In this document: positions 18,472 to 31,006 of the stretch, piece after piece
Numbering within the stretch: position 1 is the stretch's first letter
Layout: each line of letters starts with the position of its first letter
Assembly: GCA_049514795.1 (NCBI GenBank)
Contig: JBEKUS010000004.1
Location: 46 to 64,045 of the forward strand
DNA: 64,000 nt
Direction: 5' to 3'
From: Terracidiphilus sp.
GTDB taxonomy: Bacteria > Acidobacteriota > Terriglobia > Terriglobales > Acidobacteriaceae
Made by a program: the position numbers and the translations under genes
Notes under the pieces: model-generated
The model's input: the letters and a program-made list of their open reading frames with translations, nothing else
Told to the model about the DNA's origin: nothing
Database searches by the model: none

Positions 18472-20754
18472 ATGCGTTTCCTCGCCGACTCACGGCGCCG
18501 GAAGATCGCTCTGCTTACGGGTGGAGCACTGCTGGTCTTCGTTTTGCTGGGAACGCTGCAATGGTTCAACACCTCCCGCATCGATTTCCTGAATCCCGAA
18601 ACCTACGAGCAGACCATCGCCCTGACGGCGCTTGAGGTCCTCCTCTTCCTGTTGTTGCTCCTGCTGATGCTCCTGCTCTTCCGCACCGTCCTGAAGGTCT
18701 ACGTGGGGCAGGGCAGCAGCGGAGTCGGGGCACGCCTCCGTTCGCGCATGGTGGGGGGCGCGGTCCTGATCACGGTGACGCCCGCGATCCTCATGTTCGT
18801 ATTCAGCTACCTGTTGCTGAATCGCTCACTGGAACGGTGGTTTTCGCCCGATGCCTCGCAGTTGCGCGACGACTCAACCGGCGTAGTCCGCGAACTGGTG
18901 GAATACGTAGCGGGCAACGCGCGCAGCGAAGCCGAGTCAGTGGCTCAAAGCGGTGCGGCGGACCGCGATCCGCAAACGCTCCAGCAGGCGCTCAGCTCGC
19001 GCCGCTTTTCCCTGGAGGGCGGATCTCTCCTTATCTTCGGCAACAATGGCCGGCTGATCGCAAGCTATCAGCCACTCGCCGAATCGAGTCCGGTGAGCCT
19101 GCGCACCGCCTTGGATGAGCCTGAAAGTTCAGGAACCCCAGTCGCCGGGCCGCTTTCGGCGGTCCTGCTCTCCGCCGCCGGCCGAGCCGATCATCCCGTG
19201 GTGAACATCGCGGGCCAGGAATATGCGCTCGGGTTGGCCGTAACCTCGTCGGGCAAGCGCGTGGTGGCGGTCCTGCCCATGCCGCAGGGACTCAACGCAA
19301 CGACCGCCCGCATCCGCTCCAGCGCGAACGAGTACTGGCAGCTTTTCCGCTCCCGCAGGACCATTCGCACCACCCTGTCCCTCACGCTCGTGCTGGTCAC
19401 CGTGTTTGTGTTCTTTTCCAGCGTCTGGCTGGCGGTTTTCCTCTCCAATCAGATCACCCGCCCGGTTGAGTCGCTGGCCAACGCCATGGATGAGATCGCC
19501 GCGGGCAAATACGAGCAGCGCGTTCCCGAGATCGCCACCGGAGAGATGGGCGACCTGGTGCATTCGTTCAATCACATGGCCGCGGACCTGGAGGCGAGCC
19601 GCCAGTTGGCCGAGTCCGCGCAGGCTCAACTCACTGCAGCCAATCTCGCGGTTGAGGAACGACGCCGCGAGTTGGAGACCATCGTCGATACAATTCCCTC
19701 CGGTGTGGTCACGCTTGGCCAGGACGGTGTGGTTCTTCAGGCGAACCGTGCCTTTGCCGCCTTGATGGGTCTCAAGGAGGACGTTCCATTGGCTGGGGAA
19801 CGCTTCGAGGCGTTGCTCCCGGCCGACTGTGCGGAAGACGTCGCGGGAGTGATTCGCCGCGCCAGCCGCATGGGCGCTTCGTCTACTGAAGTCGAGGTCC
19901 AGGCGCGAGGCCGTACCCTTCATTTGGGAATCACCTGCGCGCGGCTCGATCTCGGTCACCAGAAGACGGGCTCGGTCCTCGTCGTCGAAGACACAACGGA
20001 GCTTCTGCGCGCGCAGCGCCAGTTGGCGTGGAAGGAAGTCGCCCAACAGGTGGCGCACGAGATCAAGAACCCGCTCACCCCCATCGCCCTCAGCGCCGAG
20101 CGCATCGGCCGCCATCTGGAGCGCGGCCAACCCGATTCGCCCAACATCATCCGCAAATGCAGCGAGGTGATTCTGGGCTGCGTGGGCACCTTGCGCACGC
20201 TGGTGGATCAATTCGCGGCTCTGGCCCAGTTCCCGGCGCCCCAGCCCCGCTCCTGCGACATGAACACGATTGTCGAAGAGGCGCTGGCCCTCTTTGGCGG
20301 CAGGCTCGAAGGCATCACTGTACAGCGGAACCTCGAACCCGGCTTGCCCCCGGTCATGGCCGATCCGGAAGGGATTCGCCGCGCGCTGGCCAACCTGATC
20401 GACAACGCGGCCGAAGCCATGCAGGACAGCCTGCTGCGCGTGCTTGGCCTGCAAACCGCGCTCAGCGAGGACGGCGCCGCCGTCGAAGTCACCGTCTCCG
20501 ACACCGGTCCCGGCCTGAGCGACGAGATCCGCGAACGGTTGTTTCTGCCGTACTACTCCACAAAGCGCCGTGGCACCGGTCTGGGCCTGTCCATCGCCGC
20601 CAAGATCGTGCAGGAGCACGGCGGATCCATTCGTGCCGAAGCGAACAGCCCAAAGGGTGCGCGTTTTCTGCTGCGCCTGCCGCTGATCGCACTCGCAGAG
20701 CAAGCTTCGCCCGCCGCGGCGGGCGCCGATCCATCCGGGAGCCTCCCCTCATGA
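18472..20754 (+). CDS. ntrY: NtrY-like sensor histidine kinase (TM-HAMP-PAS-HisKA-HATPase)
   Basis: 760 aa. Contains a HAMP segment (ITRPVESLANAMDEIAAGKY), a PAS domain, H-box WKEVAQQVAHEIKNPLTPI and G-boxes DTGPGL/GTGLGLSIA. Confidence 0.8.
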   Translation: MRFLADSRRRKIALLTGGALLVFVLLGTLQWFNTSRIDFLNPETYEQTIALTALEVLLFLLLLLLMLLLFRTVLKVYVGQGSSGVGARLRSRMVGGAVLITVTPAILMFVFSYLLLNRSLERWFSPDASQLRDDSTGVVRELVEYVAGNARSEAESVAQSGAADRDPQTLQQALSSRRFSLEGGSLLIFGNNGRLIASYQPLAESSPVSLRTALDEPESSGTPVAGPLSAVLLSAAGRADHPVVNIAGQEYALGLAVTSSGKRVVAVLPMPQGLNATTARIRSSANEYWQLFRSRRTIRTTLSLTLVLVTVFVFFSSVWLAVFLSNQITRPVESLANAMDEIAAGKYEQRVPEIATGEMGDLVHSFNHMAADLEASRQLAESAQAQLTAANLAVEERRRELETIVDTIPSGVVTLGQDGVVLQANRAFAALMGLKEDVPLAGERFEALLPADCAEDVAGVIRRASRMGASSTEVEVQARGRTLHLGITCARLDLGHQKTGSVLVVEDTTELLRAQRQLAWKEVAQQVAHEIKNPLTPIALSAERIGRHLERGQPDSPNIIRKCSEVILGCVGTLRTLVDQFAALAQFPAPQPRSCDMNTIVEEALALFGGRLEGITVQRNLEPGLPPVMADPEGIRRALANLIDNAAEAMQDSLLRVLGLQTALSEDGAAVEVTVSDTGPGLSDEIRERLFLPYYSTKRRGTGLGLSIAAKIVQEHGGSIRAEANSPKGARFLLRLPLIALAEQASPAAAGADPSGSLPS

Positions 20755-22106
20755 ACCATATTCTGGTTGTCGACGACGAGGCCGAGATTCGCGCCTCACT
20801 CCAAGAGATTCTTCGCGAGGAGGGCTACGGTGTCGCCACCGCGGCCGATGCAGAAGAAGCACTGACCCTGCTCCGCGATGCGCCGTACGATGTCGTTTTG
20901 CTCGACATCTGGCTGCCCGGTCGCGACGGGCTCGAAGCCCTCTCCGACATTCGCGAAATGGCGCCGGGCGCCCGGCCTGAAGTGGTCATAATCAGCGGCC
21001 ACGGCACCATCGAGACCGCCGTCAAAGCCACCAAGCTCGGCGCCTACGACTTTCTCGAGAAGCCACTCTCGCTCGATCGCACCCTGATCGTGGTTAAGAA
21101 CGCCGTCGAGGCGCGCCGCCTGCGCACGGAAAACGAGGAGTTCAAGCGCCAGTTCAGCGCCGCCGCTGTGCTAACCGGCGGAAGCGTGCCCCTGAAGGCC
21201 CTGCGCCAGCAAATCAAGCTCATGGCCCCCACCAACGGCCGCGTCCTCATCTATGGCGAGTCAGGCACCGGCAAGGAACTCATTGCGCGCTCCATACACG
21301 CGGAAAGCCTACGGCGCGACGGCGTCTTCGTCACCATCAACTGCGCAGCCATTCCTGAAGACCACATCGAGGCCGAGCTCTTCGGCTATCGCCACGGAGC
21401 CCTGCCCGGCGGACCCGCGGAGCAGCGCGGCACCCTGGAGCGCGCTGACGGCGGCACGCTCTACCTCGACGAAGTCGGCGACATGAGCCTCAAGACCCAG
21501 GCCAAGGTCCTCAGCGCTCTCGACGATCAACTGTTCACTCCGGTCGGCGGCACGCAGCCCCTGCGCGTCGACGTTCGCCTCATCGCCTCCACCAACAAGA
21601 ACCTCGAAGACGAGATCGCCAAGGGCAACTTCCGCGAAGACCTCTTCTACCGCCTCAACGTCGTCCCGTTCTTCGTGCCGCGCTTGCGCGAGCGCAAGGA
21701 GGACATTCCGCTGCTGGTCCGCGAGTTTCTCCTCGAGTTCGGCCGCCAATACGGCCGGCCCCGCGTCGAGATTGGCGAAGATGCTCTCGACGCCCTCTCC
21801 CGGTACCACTGGCCCGGCAACGTGCGCGAGCTAAAGAACGTCATCGAGCGGGTGCTCATCCTCAATCCCCGCGTCCTGCGCATCGAGCGCAAGCATCTGC
21901 CGCCGCTCACGCACAAGTCCGGCTCCCGTTCTACGGAAGGGTTCTCGAGCCTGCAGCAGGCGCGCGAAGCCTACGAGCGCGAGTACATTCTCAAGAAGAT
22001 AGAGGAAGCCCGTAACAACATCAGCCACGCCGCAGAGCTGCTGGGCCTCGAGCGGAGCCACCTTTACCGCAAGATGAAGGCGCTGGGCATCACCGCGCGG
22101 GAGTAG
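20751..22106 (+). CDS. ntrX: NtrX-like response regulator (REC-AAA+-Fis HTH) with degenerate GAFTGA loop
   Basis: ATGA overlap with ntrY. REC domain (ILVVDDE..D at LLDIWLPG), Walker A GESGTGKE, and GALPGG in place of GAFTGA. C-terminal HTH NISHAAELLGLERSHLYRKM. Confidence 0.8.
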   Translation: MNHILVVDDEAEIRASLQEILREEGYGVATAADAEEALTLLRDAPYDVVLLDIWLPGRDGLEALSDIREMAPGARPEVVIISGHGTIETAVKATKLGAYDFLEKPLSLDRTLIVVKNAVEARRLRTENEEFKRQFSAAAVLTGGSVPLKALRQQIKLMAPTNGRVLIYGESGTGKELIARSIHAESLRRDGVFVTINCAAIPEDHIEAELFGYRHGALPGGPAEQRGTLERADGGTLYLDEVGDMSLKTQAKVLSALDDQLFTPVGGTQPLRVDVRLIASTNKNLEDEIAKGNFREDLFYRLNVVPFFVPRLRERKEDIPLLVREFLLEFGRQYGRPRVEIGEDALDALSRYHWPGNVRELKNVIERVLILNPRVLRIERKHLPPLTHKSGSRSTEGFSSLQQAREAYEREYILKKIEEARNNISHAAELLGLERSHLYRKMKALGITARE

Positions 22107-22109
22107 AAG

Positions 22110-22877
22110 CTACGCGGACGGTCGCTCGCCTGCTGGATTCTCCCGCCGGTCCGCGGCATGGAAGCGTCTTTCCGCTTTAATCGCACGCGAATCTGAAGCG
22201 CCATTTCGCCGATCCGATCTGCGGCCGCGCTGCTCCGCCGAAGAGCTTCCCGGCTGCTTGACTCCGGCTGCCGAATCGGCCGGGTGTAACCCAGCCCAGC
22301 CCTCGTTGGCCCCGGCGCCGTCGGCGATCGACGCTCTCGTCCCACCCGTCAGGAGCTTGTTCAAGGTCGGTTGTCTTCCCCGCTGCATCTCCACAAAGTC
22401 CACGCCATCGACCGTCAGCACGAACTGTGCATTGTCCGCCCTTGAGATGTATCCCTTTTTCTCGAGATACCACAGCGTAAAGTCCAGGTAGTCGCGGGGA
22501 AACCCCATCTGCGTTTCGATCTCGGCCAGCGAAATCTCGGGAAAGTTCGGGCATCTGCGCCGCCGGGAATAGAGAACCGCAAGCACCGCGAGCCGCCGAT
22601 TGGCCTCGCCTTCCTCGTTGTCCATGAAGTCGATCGACGAAGAAAGCGGCTGCGACGCCGAAGTCCTTAGCGTCGCATCGTATTCCGCGCGCAGCTTCGG
22701 ATTCGACAGCACATCGTAAGCAACCTTCAGCAATTGAAAGCTCTCGGCGCTCCCCGATTTCATGTTGTCGGGGTGCAGCCGTGCCGCCAGGAATCGGTAG
22801 ACACGGTGGATCGTTTCGGCCTCGGCGTGAGGGCTGATCTGGAGAAACTCGTAATAGTCGACTGCAGGGGCTGCCAT
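22110..22877 (-). CDS. J-domain (DnaJ-like) protein with C-terminal winged-helix-like region
   Basis: DYYEFLQISPHAEAETIHRVYRFLAARLHPDN...AYDVLSNPKLRAEYD contains the HPD motif. ATG 22910 is an alternative start. Confidence 0.7.
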   Translation of the reverse strand: MAAPAVDYYEFLQISPHAEAETIHRVYRFLAARLHPDNMKSGSAESFQLLKVAYDVLSNPKLRAEYDATLRTSASQPLSSSIDFMDNEEGEANRRLAVLAVLYSRRRRCPNFPEISLAEIETQMGFPRDYLDFTLWYLEKKGYISRADNAQFVLTVDGVDFVEMQRGRQPTLNKLLTGGTRASIADGAGANEGWAGLHPADSAAGVKQPGSSSAEQRGRRSDRRNGASDSRAIKAERRFHAADRRENPAGERPSA

Positions 22878-23034
22878 CTGTTTCCCAAAAAGGCTCGCTT
22901 CGATCGCCATCCGCCCCGGAGGCGCGCGGACGCAGTTCCAGTAGGCATCAAGGTTCTTCTCGGGGTAAATGGCGGCAAAGTGGGACCCAGGCGAACGAAC
23001 GAAGAATCGCGGAGCCGAGCGGCCCCTCTCGCTT

Positions 23035-24129
23035 TCAGCGCGGCTGCTTCAATAGCGGCCCGATCGCTCCCGGGTTGTCGCCCAGCCTCGGGTCCACGCG
23101 AAAGTCCCACACCGACTCGCTGATATCCGACGGGGACAGTATCTCCACCAGCGCATACTCGCCGAACGAGAGCGCCGCGGCAGGCTTGATGCGTATCCAG
23201 TACCTGCCCGGCAGCACCTCCGCCGTGGCCGGGATCGTGTTCTCGTCCTGCGTCACCGTGCCGCTCGGGCCTATATGAATCGCGCCAACGATCCGCACCG
23301 CCTGGCGCTCGTCCACCTTCACAATCGCAAACCCGGACTGCGCCGAGTGCGCTCCATGCTTGCCGTTCACCGCCTTGGCACCGCTCGTGTTCACGGTAAT
23401 GGCGTGCGAAAGCACCGGCTCGTGCTGCTCCTCCTGGCCCAGCGAGACATAGATGTCCGGATCGTTCACGTGCAGGTGCACCCTCGCGTGCGAACCCTCG
23501 AGCTCCAGGCTCGCCCGCTGCCCCGCCAGGGGGTTCAGCACGGCCACTCCCTTCCGGCTCTTCGCGTTCATCGCCATGTCGGTCGGCGTCAGCTCCACCA
23601 GTTCCGGCGCGCCCTGGTACGTGTCCATCACAAACACGCCTTCCCGGTCGGGCAATTCCAGTCCGGGAGCCACCGCCGGCATCCGAGCTTTCTGGTCGTT
23701 TCGCTCCGAGGTTTCCTCTTTGTCCAGTCCCTCGGCCTCCTTCATCGCCGGAGAAGGTTCCTCCGCGGCCAGGTCGGCATGTTCCTTCTCCCATTTCCGT
23801 GTCGCTTCCCAGTCCACCAGGTCTGCCGGCAGTTCCTCCCAGTCGCCCCGTTCCTGCGAGAGATAGCGCACGCGATCGCCCACGATCTTGTAGTCGCGCA
23901 CCATCTGGTAGGAGCCGTCTTTGAGAATCAGCCGGTGGTTCTTCCCCATGCCCGGCACACCGGGCTGCAACGGCAACGGCTTGGAGTTCGGGTTCTGCGC
24001 GCTCGGTTCCGCGGCACTTTGGCTGGACCGGCCACTCCCGGCGCTTTGCGCCGGCGCAACTATCGCCGCCAGCAGCAGAGCCGCGGTCACAACGGCCGCA
24101 ATTCGCCGACCCTCCAGAAATGGAACCAT
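23035..24129 (-). CDS. Secreted hypothetical protein
   Basis: Start set at ATG 24129 (MVPFLEGRRIAAVVTAALLLAAIVAPAQSA signal peptide). The upstream Arg/Pro-rich part of the ORF looks like a GC artefact. No family recognised. Confidence 0.6.
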   Translation of the reverse strand: MVPFLEGRRIAAVVTAALLLAAIVAPAQSAGSGRSSQSAAEPSAQNPNSKPLPLQPGVPGMGKNHRLILKDGSYQMVRDYKIVGDRVRYLSQERGDWEELPADLVDWEATRKWEKEHADLAAEEPSPAMKEAEGLDKEETSERNDQKARMPAVAPGLELPDREGVFVMDTYQGAPELVELTPTDMAMNAKSRKGVAVLNPLAGQRASLELEGSHARVHLHVNDPDIYVSLGQEEQHEPVLSHAITVNTSGAKAVNGKHGAHSAQSGFAIVKVDERQAVRIVGAIHIGPSGTVTQDENTIPATAEVLPGRYWIRIKPAAALSFGEYALVEILSPSDISESVWDFRVDPRLGDNPGAIGPLLKQPR

Positions 24130-24272
24130 GGCAACACAGTTTAGACGAGCCGGGCGGTCCAATGTTGGTTGTCGTTCCGCGCCTGAAATCGCTCGGAACC
24201 GCAACCTCTTCGGGCCGGAAGCATCTAAGGGAATAGGTCGTCTTGTAGAATGGGTTTGTTGAGGTCTAAGCA

Positions 24273-24587
24273 TTGAGAGGGTTTGAGTCACTGCTTCGCG
24301 GCCGGCGCCGCGCCGGACGGGCAGTCTTGCCGGCGGTCGCTGTTGTGTGTCTCGCCCTCCTTGCTCTTCTTGCCGTCGCCCAGGTCGCACACCTCCACTC
24401 GAACCCAACCGACGCCGACCGCTGCCAGTTGTGCATTGTCATGCATACGGTTGCGCCCGTCGCGGCCACGGCATCCGTTGTCATCCTGGTTCAACTGGAA
24501 GCGAACGCCGCGCAAGCCGAGCCCGTCTTCATCGCCTTCCGGCGCCGGTCTCGCCTCTTTATTCGCCCTCCCCCGATTTCCTGCTAG
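24273..24587 (+). CDS. Small membrane-anchored His/Cys-motif protein upstream of the TonB-dependent receptor
   Basis: 104 codons from TTG. One TM helix (AVLPAVAVVCLALLALLAVA), then HLHSNPTDADRCQLCIVMH (H-x-H..C-x-x-C...H). Codon third positions are GC-rich as in real genes. Confidence 0.45.
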   Translation: MRGFESLLRGRRRAGRAVLPAVAVVCLALLALLAVAQVAHLHSNPTDADRCQLCIVMHTVAPVAATASVVILVQLEANAAQAEPVFIAFRRRSRLFIRPPPISC

Positions 24588-24763
24588 GGCATCTCTCCGG
24601 TTCCTTCTCCGCCTCCCCGCTGCCCGGTTCGCCGGGACGCGGATTCAGCACATTTCATCGGTGGATCGGAAACGGATGGATGCCGTCACTTCGCTGAGGA
24701 CGCCGCAGCGTCACGTACTGCGGCAGATTTCCCCAATTCTCGGTGATCTTTCAGGAGCTTCCC

Positions 24764-27508
24764 ATGCGTTCTTGGCGCGGCACATCTGGCCGCATCCTCG
24801 TGATTCTCATTCCCATCCTCGCGGCCCTCTCTTCCTTTGCGGCGCAGGGCGGCAACGCCGGTGTCGTCCGCGGCACGGTTACCGACCCCTCCAGCGCCGT
24901 CATTCCCAACGCCACGGTTCGCCTAAGCAGCAGCATGAGCGGCTTCGAACGCACCACCGCGAGCGACGCCACCGGCCAGTTCACGTTTTCCAACATCCCC
25001 TTCAATCCCTACCGGATCGAGGTCTCCGCCCCCGGCTTCGCCAGCTTGAGCGAGTCCGCCGAGATTCGCTCGTCGGTCGGAATCAGCCTCAAACTGGTTC
25101 TCCAGGTCGCCGGCGCCACCCAGACCGTCACCGTTGAATCCGGCGGCGAACTGATCGAGAACGACCCCACCTTCCACACCGACGTCGACCGCGACGAATT
25201 CACCAAAGTGCCGCTGGAAAGCCAATCCTCGACTCTAAGCGCTCTGGTCACGGAGACCACTCCCGGCGTCTCCGCCGACTCCAACGGCCTCTTTCACGGC
25301 CTCGGCGACCACGCCTCCAACTCCTTCTCCGTCGACGGCCAGTCCATCACCGACCAGCAGAGCAAGGTCTTCTCCAACCAGTTGCCCACCAATTCCATTC
25401 AGTCCATCGAGGTCATCAGCGGCGCGCCGCCGGCCGAGTACGGCGACAAGACGAGCCTGGTCATCGTTGCCACCACGCGCTCCGGCCTGGGCGTCACTCG
25501 TCCCACCGGCAGTCTCTACGCCTCTTATGGCAGCTTCGGCTCCGCCTCAGGCGGCTTCGATCTCTCTTACGGCGGCCAAAGCTGGGGCAACTTCGTTGAA
25601 GCCGATGGCCTCGACACCGGCCGCTTCCTCGACGCGCCCGAGTTCACCATCTTCCACGACAAGGGGAACGAGGAGAATGTCTTCGATCGCATCGACTATA
25701 GCTTTTCGCAGGCAGACTCGGTCCACCTCGATCTCAACTACAGCCGTTCCTGGTTCCAGACGCCCAACACCTTCGACAACCTCGACGTGCGCAACGTGAC
25801 CGGCGCCGGCTCCAGCGCCAGTCCTGCCTTCGGAACCGTCGGCAACACCGATCAGCTTTCCAAGATCGGAACCTATAACATCTCTCCCACGTACACCCGG
25901 ATCATCAACAACAATTCGGTCTTTAACTTAGGCGCGTTCGTCAGAAGAGACGGGTACGACTACTATCCCAGTGGCAACCCTCTGGCCGACCTCGGCCCTG
26001 CCAACCTGCAGACCTCGTCCATCTCCCAGTACCGCACGCTCACAAACGCGGCCGTCCACGCGGACTACTCCTACGCCAAGGGCGCCCACAACATCAAGGC
26101 GGGCATCCAATACGGCCAGACTTTCCTCCGCGAGCACGATGGCCTCGGTATCGTCGAGAGCACCTACAACTCGCCCTGCGTGGACGCCATCACCGGCGAC
26201 TCTCTGCCCGGCTACTCCAGCCCCTCCCAGTGCAACGGTGTCGCGAACGTCGCCAACTCGAGCTACCTTTCCGTCCTCGCGCCCTACGACCTGACCCGCG
26301 GCGGCCGCGATTTCCACTACTTCGGCCACGCCGACATCAAGGAACTCGCCCTTTACATCGAGGATCAGATCAAGTTCGGCAACTGGAACCTGAACCTCGG
26401 CATCCGCGGCGATCTCTACAACGGGCTCACCGCGGCCAGCCAGGCCGAGCCGCGTCTAGGCGTCGCCTACAATATCAAACCGACGGGCACCGTGCTGAGC
26501 GTCTCCTACGCGCGCACCCTTGAGACGCCTTTCAACGAGAACCTCGTCCTTTCAAGTGAAGGCTGCTCGAGCGCCGTCCTTTCGCCGCTCCTCAACTGCA
26601 CCCCCGGCGTCTCCGACACCATGGCGCCCGGCTATCGCAACGAGTTCCACGCCGGCCTGCAGCAGGCCCTGGGCAGGAACCTCGTCGTCAGCGGCGAGTA
26701 CATCTGGAAGTACACCCACAATGCCTTCGATTTCGCGGTCCTCGGCAACACGCCGATCACCTTCCCCATCGATTGGCACAACTCCAAGATTCCCGGCTAT
26801 GCGCTTCACGTCGAGGTACCGGACTTCCACCACTTCAGCGCCTACACCGTTATGTCATCGGTCGCCGCCCGTTTCTTCCCGCCGCAGGTCGCAGGCGCCG
26901 GCGCCACCGTCGGCCGGAGCGGCTACCCCTTCCGCATCGACCACGACGAGAAGTTCAACCAGACCACCCACCTCCAGTACACGGTCGCCCACGACGGCTG
27001 GTGGAACGGTCTTTGGGCGGGCTTCAACTGGCGCTTCGATTCCGGCCAGGTGGCGGGTTCGGTCCCCTGCTACGGCGTCACGGACCCGAACAGCGGCTGC
27101 GGCGCGACCTCGATCACACTCCCCGGCCAGCCGGCCGTCGATCTCAGCGGCCTCACACCCGATGAGCAATTCGAGGCGGGGCTCGTCTGCAATGGCGTCG
27201 CGGCCACTCCCACCTTGGGCTTCGCGTCATGCCCTGTTTCGCAGTACTCGTCGAACCTCGTGCGCATCCCCGCGCCTGGCGCCGAGAACAACGACCGCAA
27301 CCCCCCGCGCATCGCGCCCCGCAGTCTCTTCGACGCCTCCATCGGCAAGAACAACATCTTCCACAAGGAGCGCTTCAAGACCGATCTCGACCTGACCGCC
27401 ATCAACCTCACCAACAAGGTCGCTCTCTACAACTTCCTCTCCACCTTCAGCGGCACGCACTACGTCACCCCACGCGCGCTCACCGTCAAGCTCACGCTGA
27501 ACTTCTGA
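24764..27508 (+). CDS. TonB-dependent receptor with N-terminal carboxypeptidase regulatory-like domain
   Basis: AGGAG Shine-Dalgarno before ATG 24764, then a signal peptide. GVVRGTVTDPSSAVIPNATVRL......TASDATGQFTFSNIPFNPYRIEV is the CarboxypepD_reg domain. A long beta-barrel ends ..LTVKLTLNF. Confidence 0.8.
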   Translation: MRSWRGTSGRILVILIPILAALSSFAAQGGNAGVVRGTVTDPSSAVIPNATVRLSSSMSGFERTTASDATGQFTFSNIPFNPYRIEVSAPGFASLSESAEIRSSVGISLKLVLQVAGATQTVTVESGGELIENDPTFHTDVDRDEFTKVPLESQSSTLSALVTETTPGVSADSNGLFHGLGDHASNSFSVDGQSITDQQSKVFSNQLPTNSIQSIEVISGAPPAEYGDKTSLVIVATTRSGLGVTRPTGSLYASYGSFGSASGGFDLSYGGQSWGNFVEADGLDTGRFLDAPEFTIFHDKGNEENVFDRIDYSFSQADSVHLDLNYSRSWFQTPNTFDNLDVRNVTGAGSSASPAFGTVGNTDQLSKIGTYNISPTYTRIINNNSVFNLGAFVRRDGYDYYPSGNPLADLGPANLQTSSISQYRTLTNAAVHADYSYAKGAHNIKAGIQYGQTFLREHDGLGIVESTYNSPCVDAITGDSLPGYSSPSQCNGVANVANSSYLSVLAPYDLTRGGRDFHYFGHADIKELALYIEDQIKFGNWNLNLGIRGDLYNGLTAASQAEPRLGVAYNIKPTGTVLSVSYARTLETPFNENLVLSSEGCSSAVLSPLLNCTPGVSDTMAPGYRNEFHAGLQQALGRNLVVSGEYIWKYTHNAFDFAVLGNTPITFPIDWHNSKIPGYALHVEVPDFHHFSAYTVMSSVAARFFPPQVAGAGATVGRSGYPFRIDHDEKFNQTTHLQYTVAHDGWWNGLWAGFNWRFDSGQVAGSVPCYGVTDPNSGCGATSITLPGQPAVDLSGLTPDEQFEAGLVCNGVAATPTLGFASCPVSQYSSNLVRIPAPGAENNDRNPPRIAPRSLFDASIGKNNIFHKERFKTDLDLTAINLTNKVALYNFLSTFSGTHYVTPRALTVKLTLNF

Positions 27509-27519
27509 GCCGATAAGTC

Positions 27520-27577
27520 TGCGCACCCGTGCCCCATCCTTTCCGCGTCATGTGCGGAAAGCGTGGGAAGGTGCGCA
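27520..27577. repeat. REP-like hairpin, copy 2, between convergent genes
   Basis: Outer stem TGCGCACC/GGTGCGCA (27520-27527/27570-27577), inner stem CTTTCCGC/GCGGAAAG (27539-27546/27554-27561). Contains CCCCATCCTTTCCGCG, the reverse complement of the CGCGGAAAGGATGGGG core. Confidence 0.6.
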
Positions 27578-27611
27578 AGACAAAGTCGCCGCATCTCCTG
27601 TTGGTGCGACC

Positions 27612-28594
27612 TCAAAAGCTCGTTCTCGGACGGCGCGGCGTCACCTGCTGACTCCCATACGCCGAAACCCACGCCGGCGGCTCTGGCTCTTTGCTCCCAT
27701 CCACCTTCTTCCCGCGCTCACGGGCCCATCGGTAGCCCCACATCGGCCCATATTCGGTGACGACTGTATCCGGCGCCTGGTAGACGGGATCCTGTTCTGC
27801 TTCCGCGAGCGTCACCCACTGGTAGCCCCGTTTCTCAAACAAGGAGAGGAGATGATCCATCACATCGGCATTGAGCCGGTTGTCGTGGAGCAACAGGATC
27901 TCCGGCGGCTCGTACCCGAGGACCTCCGCATTCATGCGGCTGAAGTAATCGATCTGCGCCGCGGTAAAGGCCAGGTACTCGCGCCGCAGACGCTTCGCCG
28001 ACGAGCGGTCGTGCCGCGCGGCCATCCGCGCATAGGCCGCGGCGAACATCCAGTCGGAGTTCTCGATTGTGCATGGTGCAAGCCGGTAGCCGCGGCGGCT
28101 CAAAAACTCCAGGATGGCCTGATGCTTGGCTTCCGTGTTCCCCGTGTGGTTGAAGGGAAAGCGAAAGAACTCCACCTTGCGATTGGCCGCCTGCATCAGC
28201 GGAACGATGGTGGGTTCGCCGCGTACGATCTGGTCTTCGAACTGCTCCACGCGCAGATCGCTGAAGTTCAGATGAGCGTATGTGTGGTTGCCCAGCTCCT
28301 GTCCTCTTTGGACCCACGACTGCAGAATTCCTGTTCCTTCGGGTCTTCCCGGCGATTCAACGCTCTTCTCGTTCACAAATCCGATCGCCGGAACCCGGCG
28401 CCGCGCCAACGACTTAAGTAGTTTCCGGTTCGCCGCGATGGCCGCCGACGCATCCCGTTCGGCGAGTGGCGCGTCGATCCCGGTGACAAATGGAAGGTCG
28501 TCGATTGTCAGCGCAACGGTGCGGGTCTGCGCCGGCGCCACCGGTGAGGCCATCGCGAGAAGAACCACAATCCAGGGCAACACCTGCTTGCTGT

Positions 28595-28598
<4 letters not shown>
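27612..28598 (-). CDS. Polysaccharide deacetylase (CE4) family protein, secreted
   Basis: GTG 28598 overlaps the macro-domain gene stop (GTGA). Signal-like VLPWIVVLLAMASPVAPA, then TIDDLPF and GNHTYAH motifs of the CE4/NodB fold. Confidence 0.7.
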
Positions 28599-30991
<2,393 letters not shown>

Positions 30992-31006
30992 AGCGGAGAG
31001 TGCGGC

